A stretch of 64,000 bases of DNA, from positions 18,789 through 82,788 of the forward strand of contig CAZUTV010000002.1 in assembly GCA_964623495.1 (NCBI GenBank). Direction: 5' to 3'. Both the position numbers and the translations under genes were made by a program. Positions within the stretch are counted from its first letter, which is position 1; each line of letters opens with the position of its first letter. The stretch is from Candidatus Woesearchaeota archaeon. Its GTDB lineage: Archaea; Nanobdellota; Nanobdellia; Pacearchaeales; GW2011-AR1. Positions 1 to 5,984 of the stretch are shown in pieces. Below the pieces are notes generated by a model. The model ran no database searches and was not told the DNA's origin. It saw only the letters and a program-made list of their open reading frames with translations.

Positions 1-628
1 TTTTAAGCCCATTAACCGAAAACCCATACTTCTTGGCCAGCTGAGTTAAAGAAATCTTTTGATTTAAGAAATCTTGAAATATCTCTTGCACAAGATAAGA
101 ATTTTCTGAGGGAATCAGTTTTTTCCCTTCAAATTTATATCCAAAGGGGGCTCTTGTTATCGGGCTTCCATCTCTGGCTTTTTTATCCATTGAAAATTTT
201 GTTCTTTCGCTGGTAACGTTTCTCTCAAACTCTGCAAAGGCGCTGATTATATGAAACATCAGTTTTCCAGAAGCAGAGGTTGTCTCTATCTTATCTTGAA
301 GAGAAACAAAATCAATCCCCCACTCTTTTATTCTTTCAATGGTTTCTAGCAAGTCTTTCAAGCTTCTAGAGAATCTGTCTAATTTATAGATAAAAATGGC
401 CTGAAATTTTCTTGATTCTGCGTCGGCTAACAAACTGACCATCGCCGGTCTGTGCTTAATATCTTTTGCTGATTTTCCTTCATCTTTGTATAATTTATAG
501 AGTTCATAACCAAGTGCCTTAACATAATTTTCTAGTGCCTCCTGTTGTGCGGCAAGAGAAATTCCTTGTTTTGCTTGTTCTTCTGTGCTAACTCGGGTGT
601 AAATCGCTGCGAGGGGTTTGTTTGTCAT
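1..628 (-). CDS. Large serine recombinase, N-terminal part (gene runs off the window start; C-terminus missing)
   Basis: Reverse-strand translation from the ATG at 628-626 gives MTNKPLAAIYTRVSTEEQAKQGISLAAQQEAL...DEGKSAKDIKHRPAMVSLL...IYKLDRFSRSLKDLLETIERIKEWGIDFVSLQDKIETTSASGKLMFHIISAFAEFERNVTSERTKFSMDKKARDGSPITRAPFGYKFEGKKLIPSENSYLVQEIFQDF. This is a canonical resolvase/invertase catalytic domain (RVST catalytic Ser, DxGxSA, RP, LDRxxRS, AEFER), followed by the PFGY...IF start of the 'recombinase' domain typical of large serine integrases. The start overlaps the upstream gene's stop (ATGA). The ORF track omits it because it is open at the window edge. Confidence 0.85.
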   Translation of the reverse strand, partial: MTNKPLAAIYTRVSTEEQAKQGISLAAQQEALENYVKALGYELYKLYKDEGKSAKDIKHRPAMVSLLADAESRKFQAIFIYKLDRFSRSLKDLLETIERIKEWGIDFVSLQDKIETTSASGKLMFHIISAFAEFERNVTSERTKFSMDKKARDGSPITRAPFGYKFEGKKLIPSENSYLVQEIFQDFLNQKISLTQLAKKYGFSVNGLK

Positions 629-1128
629 TTTAACTTCCTGCCTAAAAAACTCTCTAGATGTTTAATTTTGCTTCCTATTTTCATTTTATCGTCTTGTGTT
701 CTTAGGATTGCAATCTTGTAAATCTGTTCCAATTGATTTAAAGAAAGAATGTTTACTTTTATTCCGTAAAAATCTATTTTCTTAACTTCCTTGAAGAAAG
801 GATGACTATTGTTTTCGTATTGTTTTTCCGTCTTGTCAATTTCCACTTTTAATATGCCTTTTTTTACAATAAAACCATAAGGATAATGCTTAAACTTTAT
901 TTTACTCTTTTCTAATTGTTCGGCAATTTTTGAAAAGTACCTTGGCTGAACTAAAAGATCTATGTCATTAACTTTTAAATTTTGATCTTTAGTGTGATAA
1001 AAAGGTGAAAAACTACCATAAATTACTGGATTTGACTTGCATTTTTTGCAAACCTCAATAACTTGCTTTGCAAAGAGTATCAATTCCTTAAAATGCCCTT
1101 TGTTTTTCGGATAAAGATAGAGAGTCAT
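625..1128 (-). CDS. Minimal nucleotidyltransferase (Pol-beta superfamily; architecture and size resemble small antibiotic nucleotidyltransferases of the Lnu(A)/ANT(2'') type)
   Basis: 167 aa; the IYGSFSPFY...VNDIDLLV segment is a G[GS]x(9-13)DxD nucleotidyltransferase motif, followed by a short helical tail. Start and stop are coupled by 4-nt overlaps to both neighbours. Confidence 0.6.
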   Translation of the reverse strand: MTLYLYPKNKGHFKELILFAKQVIEVCKKCKSNPVIYGSFSPFYHTKDQNLKVNDIDLLVQPRYFSKIAEQLEKSKIKFKHYPYGFIVKKGILKVEIDKTEKQYENNSHPFFKEVKKIDFYGIKVNILSLNQLEQIYKIAILRTQDDKMKIGSKIKHLESFLGRKLK

Positions 1129-1562
1129 TTTAACACTTTTTCATAATAATAAAGACTTTCCCCCCTTCCAAAGTTTAACTTTTGTTTTAATTTTTGCATT
1201 TTTTTGTTAGAGGTTTGAACAAAACCGGTAAAATATTTTATTTTGTTTTTCCTCGCAATTTTTTCAGCCTCTTTAATTAAACTTGAAGCTATTCCCTTAT
1301 TTCTGTGGGCAGGATTAACATAGACATCATTAATAATTACCTGGGATACAGAAATCAAAATATGGGCGATGATAAAGCCAACCATCTCTTTTTCTTCTTC
1401 TGCGATTAAAACAAAATTTTCTTTGGTTTTAGTTAAAACGCTCTTTACCCACACTTTATCGTAATCCCCAATCTCAAAATTCCCCCCCTGCAGCTCTTTT
1501 GTACTAATCAGAATTCTGAACAATTCTTTTAAATCCGATATTTTTCCTTTGCGAATTTTCAT
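1125..1562 (-). CDS. GNAT-family N-acetyltransferase
   Basis: 145 aa; the acetyl-CoA motif A region is VYVNPAHRNKGIASSLIKEAEKIA (R-x-x-G-x-A). The size is typical of GNATs. Confidence 0.7.
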   Translation of the reverse strand: MKIRKGKISDLKELFRILISTKELQGGNFEIGDYDKVWVKSVLTKTKENFVLIAEEEKEMVGFIIAHILISVSQVIINDVYVNPAHRNKGIASSLIKEAEKIARKNKIKYFTGFVQTSNKKMQKLKQKLNFGRGESLYYYEKVLK

Positions 1563-2221
1563 ATCTCCACCCCCAACTTCAACAGCTGTTCAAACAGCTG
1601 TTTGTTGTCTTTGAACAGAATTGTTCTCATACCTAGCTTCTTAGCGGGAGTTAGGTTCCAGGGTTGGTTGTCTATAAAAATACAATTTTGGGCAGGGGTT
1701 TTCAGCTTTTTTAGGGCTAGCCCGTAAATCTCCGGATTTGGCTTTCTTAATCCAACATCACAGGAAATAAACACCTTATCAAATTTCTCCATATACTTTC
1801 TTTTTACCATTGCTTCTTTGCTTAGCCACCATTGGTCTGAAAGAACAGCTATTTTGTAGCCTTGTTTTTTAATCTTAAAGGCCAACCTATAGAGTTTTTT
1901 GTTTTGTTTAAAGTTCTTTCTATAAGATTTAATAACCAGCCATCTAAGATACCCTGGATGTACTTGGAGTTTTCTAGCCAGGGTTAAGACGGTTGTTTGC
2001 TCTGAAACCTTTCCCAGATAAGCATCAACATAGGTTGTTTCAATAGTGTCAAACCACTGATCTAAAGAAATCCTCAGTTTTTTGGCGATTCTTTCATGAA
2101 CCCCTAGGCTAGAAGGATGTTTTCCTAATTTTATGGTGGTTGGGTTTTTTGGCAAGACCAAAACCCCTCCTATGTCGAAGATTACTGTCTTTACCGGGTT
2201 TCTTGTTTCTTTTTTTAACAT
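1559..2221 (-). CDS. HAD-superfamily hydrolase (subfamily IA-like; variant motif I FDIGGVL)
   Basis: 220 aa. The N-terminal VIFDIGGVL is a HAD motif I variant (DxG instead of DxD, as in epoxide-hydrolase N-terminal phosphatase-like HADs). It has a K-containing motif III and a C-terminal IFIDN motif IV. Confidence 0.6.
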   Translation of the reverse strand: MLKKETRNPVKTVIFDIGGVLVLPKNPTTIKLGKHPSSLGVHERIAKKLRISLDQWFDTIETTYVDAYLGKVSEQTTVLTLARKLQVHPGYLRWLVIKSYRKNFKQNKKLYRLAFKIKKQGYKIAVLSDQWWLSKEAMVKRKYMEKFDKVFISCDVGLRKPNPEIYGLALKKLKTPAQNCIFIDNQPWNLTPAKKLGMRTILFKDNKQLFEQLLKLGVEI

Positions 2222-2246
2222 TATTGCCTCTTTTACGTATTAAAAA

Positions 2247-2301
2247 CGTGCACTAAGGTTTATAAAGGTATGGTTCACGGGGTTTAAGGACACCCTTAGT
2301 G
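2247..2301. promoter_or_regulatory. Copy 1 of the GTGCACT(A/T)AGGTT motif, with its inverted partner CCCTTAGTG 38 nt away (split palindrome); lies in the promoter region of the HAD-GNAT-NTase-recombinase operon
   Basis: cgtgcactaaggttta at 2247-2262 and cccttagtg at 2293-2301 are reverse complements (CACTAAGG / CCTTAGTG). Confidence 0.45.
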
Positions 2302-2346
2302 AAGGGTTTTAAGCTTAATTTTGTGATTTTTGGGCAAAGGAAAGCC

Positions 2347-2700
2347 CTAAGGAGGGTGTTGAGAAAAATCAGTTAAATCTAAAACCTCAAAGCCTTGATC
2401 TTTTAACCTTTCTACAAGGGTGGTGGCTTTTCCTAGGGCAATGTCATGCAATCTCTATTTTGAAATAGACTCATCTGACAAAATATCTAAAACCCCTTCT
2501 GTTAGAGAAAAAACAACATATTGGCCATTTAAATGTTGAAGATGATATAAGGGGTCTGTTCTTGAAGGAGCGTGATTTAATATTGTTTGATGGGGAAGCT
2601 GAGGATAAGTGGATTCAAACAATTGAATAGCATAACTAACAAGAGCCTTACCAGACAAACATCCGGGAATTTCTCGAATAATAACCCTCTTAAAAGACAT
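2347..2700 (-). pseudogene. Hypothetical protein interrupted by an in-frame TAG (81-aa ORF continues in frame for 35 more codons after the stop)
   Basis: ORF 2455..2700 ends ...DESISK-TAG, then continues in the same frame as RLHDIALGKATTLVERLKDQGFEVLDLTDFSQHPP to a second stop at 2347-2349. TGA and TAA clearly act as stops in neighbouring genes, so recoding is unlikely. Confidence 0.3.
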
Positions 2701-2786
2701 TAAAGATAGATTGTGAATTATTTTTTAAAAATTTCTGTGATTCTCTGTAATTTTGTCCCAAATTTTTAGCAAATTTTTTGAGGCCG

Positions 2787-2810
2787 GGCGAAGATTGTGC
2801 ACTTAGGTTA
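2787..2810. promoter_or_regulatory. Near-perfect 19-bp palindrome CACTTAGGT-T-ACCTAAGTG (copy 2 of the GTGCACTTAGGTTA motif), 70 nt upstream of ORF 2882
   Basis: Positions 2790-2808 read cacttaggttacctaagtg. The two 9-bp arms are exact reverse complements around a single central T. Confidence 0.55.
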
Positions 2811-2881
2811 CCTAAGTGAAAATTGGCAGGTATTTTTAAGGTTTTGGATAGGCTTTTAAGGCGGTTTTTGGTAAAATAAGT

Positions 2882-3127
2882 ATGATAATTGAAGCATTAA
2901 TCCTTGCATGTATAGCCTGGTTTTTTGTAGCTTCTAGCTTATTTTTTAAGGTTTATTGGAAAGAGTGTGTTAAAACAAAAGTGAAGAAGATGAGTATGGG
3001 ATTTGGATCACTGCCTTATTTTTTAATGGTAAAGCAGGATAGGGGACTGAGTGTATGGGTTATGCAAGCATGGACAGCATTTGTTTTTCTATTATTCTTG
3101 ATTATTGTGAGAACAATAAGTGTATAA
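2882..3127 (+). CDS. Small hydrophobic protein (two predicted TM helices), hypothetical
   Basis: 81-aa ORF with two hydrophobic stretches; unusually Trp/Cys/Phe-rich. It is flanked on both sides by copies of the palindromic motif. Coding status is uncertain. Confidence 0.3.
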   Translation: MIIEALILACIAWFFVASSLFFKVYWKECVKTKVKKMSMGFGSLPYFLMVKQDRGLSVWVMQAWTAFVFLLFLIIVRTISV

Positions 3128-3128
3128 T

Positions 3129-3154
3129 CGTGCACTTAGGTTAACTTAGTGAAC
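3129..3154. repeat. Copy 3 of the GTGCACTTAGGTTA motif (imperfect palindrome CACTTAGGTTAACTTAGTG)
   Basis: cgtgcacttaggttaacttagtgaac starts 1 nt after the stop of ORF 2882..3127. Its 14-nt core is identical to copy 2. Confidence 0.5.
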
Positions 3155-3159
3155 AAAAG

Positions 3160-3760
3160 ATAATGGCTCGTAGAGGATAGAAATTCTTATTAATGCCCCC
3201 CCATAGGAAGATTATGTCGGAAATAGATCTTGCTAAAAGAGCAACAATACAATTTAAAACGCCTTTAACTGCCAAAGAATTAGAGAGAGATTTTGGGGGG
3301 AATTGGTTGTGAACAAGATTGTGAAGTGGAGTATACCTGGATACAGAGAATTAGGATAGATCCAACAACAAGCACAACCCCTTTTAGGAGAACCAGTCTC
3401 CAAACAAGCCAAGGAGAATTTAGTTCGAGAGGTTCACGACTATTTGTCAGTCTGCCTTTCGATCTCCAAGTAGGATATATTCAAGACTCACAAGACCCGG
3501 ACGATAGCAGGTATACAAGCCTTAGGTTTTTCATGGCTCCAGGAACTAGCGAAAGAGAAGTGCCTGCACCACAACTAGAGTTCATTGATGCTGCGAGAGA
3601 CTATTTCTGCAGATCACACTATTGGAAAAAAGAAGACACTATTCCAGAAGATTCTGACCCATAAGCCATAACCCATGATCTAAGCGGGCTAAATCTCGGT
3701 TTAAACTCCAAAAGATGTGTCGTAAAGGATGTTTGAACCCATGTTTTTCAATTTTATCGG
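3160..3760. other. GC-enriched, non-coding-looking segment (candidate structured RNA or decayed foreign DNA)
   Basis: Visibly higher G+C than surrounding DNA. The only long ORF (3293..3664) encodes a T/S/R/P/D-rich product unlike the K/I/L/E-rich proteome here. The reverse strand is full of stops. No RNase P, SRP or tRNA signatures were recognised by eye. Confidence 0.25.
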
Positions 3761-3788
3761 CGGGAAAAATCCTTGATTGATGTAATCT

Positions 3789-4352
3789 TAAACAGGTGTT
3801 TGAAGATGGTTTTTTAGCCTTACTGGGTGTTTAGGGGTGTTTTTTGGTGTTTTAAACAGGTGTTTATCTGTTAAATTACCTCTTTAAACGGGTTTTTTGG
3901 GGTATTTTTTGAGTAAAAAGAAGATTTTCTATGTCTCTTAATTAATGTAATAAAAAGGAGGAAAACCCACCTTTGTCCTCGTAAAAACAAAAGGTTTTTA
4001 AATAAGGAATATTTAGAAGAATTATGTTTGGGTGGTTATTTGGAAAAAAAGAGGCAAAACGTGTCGAGGAAGACACTAAAAGAGGTTTTGAGGGAGTCAA
4101 AAAAGACATAACTGCCTTGACGGGGTGGATCAAACACCTTAATTCTGAGCTAACAATGCAAAAAAAAGAACTTGAAGACATAAAGGTTTTTTTGTCGTCG
4201 GTTCAAGAAGACGTTGAGGGTGTCAAAAACGTGATCTCAATAATAACAGAGGTTAAACCAAATAAGGTGTTTAAAACAACCAAACGGGTGTTTAAGAAAC
4301 AAACGGGTGTTTATCCTGTTCAAACAGGTGTTCAAACGGGTGTTCAAACACC
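3789..4352. repeat. Array of AAAC(A/G)GGTGTT(T/C) near-palindromic repeats (at least 9 copies), partly intergenic and partly inside ORF 4024..4647
   Basis: Intergenic copies lie at about 3789-3801, 3825-3832, 3834-3853, 3853-3865 and 3885-3898. In-ORF copies lie at 4264-4273, 4282-4293, 4300-4311, 4321-4332 and 4333-4352; the last three form a 12-nt tandem repeat GTTCAAAC(A/G)GGT encoding VQTGVQTGVQT. Confidence 0.6.
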
Positions 4353-4647
4353 AAATTTAAGCCAATTTTCAGTTACTGAAAGAGCTATTTTGTTAATACT
4401 ATTAAATACTGACATGAAATTAAGTTACGAAGATTTGGGGGCTATGCTCGGAAAAGAAAAATCAACTATTAGGGGGCAGATAAATAGCATAAGGCAAAAG
4501 GGAGAAAACTTGATTGAAGAGGTCATGGAAAAGAACGGGAAAAAGAGGGTGTTTGTGCCTGAAGAAATGAAAGAAAAAATACTAAAAAAATCGAAAGTGA
4601 GAGTTGAAAAGAGTAAAAAAGGGGAAAAATCTGGGGAAAACCTATAA
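4024..4647 (+). CDS. Coiled-coil / low-complexity repeat linker / C-terminal winged-helix DNA-binding protein (paralog of 4909..5625)
   Basis: 207 aa with three parts. The N-terminal ~60 aa are heptad-like (ITALTGWIKHLNSELTMQKKELEDIKVFLSSVQEDVEGVKNV). The linker contains TGVQTGVQT repeats. The C-terminal wHTH-like segment is SVTERAILLILLNTDMKLSYEDLGAMLGKEKSTIRGQINSIRQKGENLIEEV, followed by a basic tail. Confidence 0.6.
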   Translation: MFGWLFGKKEAKRVEEDTKRGFEGVKKDITALTGWIKHLNSELTMQKKELEDIKVFLSSVQEDVEGVKNVISIITEVKPNKVFKTTKRVFKKQTGVYPVQTGVQTGVQTPNLSQFSVTERAILLILLNTDMKLSYEDLGAMLGKEKSTIRGQINSIRQKGENLIEEVMEKNGKKRVFVPEEMKEKILKKSKVRVEKSKKGEKSGENL

Positions 4648-4682
4648 AAAATGAAATTTCGAGGTTTAAAAGAGGTAAAAAA

Positions 4683-4892
4683 GACAAAAGTGAGAGTTAA
4701 ATTCGGGTTTTTTTTGTAAAATTTGTTTGAAAAGGGGGCATAAAAACAAAAAGTGAGAAAAAATAAGGAATTCGGGGGAGGAATAAGAAAGAGAAAGAAA
4801 TAAATTTTAAGATTTTAGGGCTTAAAAGGCCAAAAATGAGGGAAATAGAGAAAAAATAAAAGAAGAACAAAGAGACAAAAGTAAAAATTCGG
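4683..4892. repeat. Purine-rich divergent intergenic region with three iteron-like copies of ACAAAAGT(G/A)A(G/A)A...AATTCGG
   Basis: Copies read gacaaaagtgagagttaaattcggg (4683-4707), aacaaaaagtgagaaaaaataaggaattcggggg (4745-4778) and gagacaaaagtaaaaattcgg (4872-4892). They sit between the divergent paralogs 4024..4647 (+) and 4909..5625 (-). Confidence 0.5.
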
Positions 4893-4908
4893 TTAAACGA
4901 AAAAACAC

Positions 4909-5625
4909 TTATAAATCTCTTAGTTGGATTAAAACCGATAGAGGCGCTATTTTTTTAAGGTTTTTTGAGATAGAAAGGTGAATTTGTTTGTTATTTACCT
5001 TTATTTTGGATATAGGGATGCCTTTATTTATAAGTTTCCCGACGTAATCCCTGATCGAGCTTTCTGTGAGGTTTAATCTTTGGGCCAATACCCGGTAATC
5101 TATTTCCTTGCCTTCCTCGTCAAGCTGATAGATCAGAGAAAACACCGCCCATTCCTGATCTGTGAGATTCTTGAATTTTAAGCGGATTTCTTTTTTTAGA
5201 GAATCTAAAGAATCTAGAATCTCTGCGGCGTCCTCAATGGGATTTTCTAACGATTTTTGGGGATTTTGGGTCTGTTGGTTTGTCTGTTGGTTTGTCTGTC
5301 TGTCTGTTGGAACCCCTTCATTTCCTATGGAGATCCCTTGTTTTTCGTCTTTTTGGGGCTTAAAAAGGAGATTATCTGCTGGAATAAAGGGCATGTTTGT
5401 GGATACTTTTTGAGGGTGTGTCGAAGAGCTATCTTGGACCGGGGGCAAAGCCAAGGGGGCGATTTCTTGAAATTTTTTAGAAACTTTCAAAAGACCTAGG
5501 GATTCTGTGACTTCTTTTAGCTTGCTGTTAATCTCTATCATACATTGGGTAATAGAGGTTAGGGCTTCTTTTAAAGAATCTATGTCTTGCTTCACTTTTT
5601 GGAATGCTTCTTTTATAGCGTCCAT
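4909..5625 (-). CDS. Coiled-coil / repeat linker / C-terminal winged-helix protein (paralog of 4024..4647)
   Basis: 238 aa. The N-terminal coiled coil reads MDAIKEAFQKVKQDIDSLKEALTSITQCMIEINSKLKEVTESL. The linker has QTNQQTNQQTQ, encoded by a 12-nt tandem repeat at 5268-5310. The C-terminal wHTH reads LTDQEWAVFSLIYQLDEEGKEIDYRVLAQRLNLTESSIRDYVGKLINKGI. Domain order is the same as in 4024..4647. Confidence 0.6.
   Translation of the reverse strand: MDAIKEAFQKVKQDIDSLKEALTSITQCMIEINSKLKEVTESLGLLKVSKKFQEIAPLALPPVQDSSSTHPQKVSTNMPFIPADNLLFKPQKDEKQGISIGNEGVPTDRQTNQQTNQQTQNPQKSLENPIEDAAEILDSLDSLKKEIRLKFKNLTDQEWAVFSLIYQLDEEGKEIDYRVLAQRLNLTESSIRDYVGKLINKGIPISKIKVNNKQIHLSISKNLKKIAPLSVLIQLRDL
5268..5310. 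repeat. Tandem 12-nt repeat (CAAACCAACAGA on the coding strand) inside ORF 4909..5625
   Basis: gtctgttggtttgtctgttggtttgtctgtctgtctgttgg; it encodes the QTNQQTNQQTQ linker. Confidence 0.6.
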
Positions 5626-5664
5626 AAAAAAAATATTTGAAGGAGGTATAAAAATTTTAAGGTG

Positions 5665-5943
5665 TTAAAGAAGATGGTTTTGTCTTTGCTTATAAAGGGT
5701 ATAGGTGTGGTCTGTTAGGGCCCACCTGGATCTTTTGGAATAAACAACCCCTTTTGGGCTTTTCTTAACCTCTAAAACAAAATTTTTCTTTTTTAAAGAG
5801 AGAAGGAGGGATTTCACAAATTCTTCATCCCTAGCAATCTCTTGGGCTATTGTAAAGGTAAATGCTGACTTAGGGGAAATAGAATAAAGGTAAGCAAGAA
5901 TTTGCTCTAAAATCTTGTCTCTTTTTTTGTCGGAAATCTTCAT
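5665..5943 (-). CDS. Small winged-helix (MarR/PadR-like) transcriptional regulator
   Basis: 92 aa; KILEQILAYLY...IAQEIARDEEFVKSLLLSLKKKNFVLEV...GVVYSKRSRWALT fits an HTH plus a beta-wing with a conserved Trp. Confidence 0.55.
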   Translation of the reverse strand: MKISDKKRDKILEQILAYLYSISPKSAFTFTIAQEIARDEEFVKSLLLSLKKKNFVLEVKKSPKGVVYSKRSRWALTDHTYTLYKQRQNHLL

Positions 5944-5984
5944 GAATCATTAAGCACTTGGGGATTTAAAACCCTTTAGAAAGA

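Noticed and set aside
2455-2700. TGA/TAG recoding (alternative genetic code) as the explanation for the in-frame TAG
   Set aside because: TGA, TAA and TAG all terminate well-conserved genes here at the expected positions (for example cdc6, the PolD subunits, metK), so a pseudogene is more parsimonious.
3293-3664. 123-aa ORF in the GC-rich block as a real protein-coding gene
   Set aside because: Amino-acid composition (T/S/R/P/D-rich, almost no K/I) is unlike every confident gene in the window and no motif is present. It is more likely a chance ORF in GC-rich non-coding DNA. It is kept only as part of the anomalous-region finding.
3160-3760. Assigning the GC-rich block to RNase P RNA or SRP RNA
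   Set aside because: I looked for P4/CR-IV-like strings (GGAAAGTCCGGGC, AGGGTGAAA, ACAGAACCCGGCTTA) and an SRP helix-8 GGAAG...AGCA pattern. I found only weak partial resemblances, so there is no basis for a named RNA call.
5268-5310. CRISPR array
   Set aside because: The only tandem short repeats (5268-5310, 4321-4352, 57417-57480) are 12-nt or homopolymeric coding repeats without spacers. No repeat-spacer architecture exists anywhere in the window.
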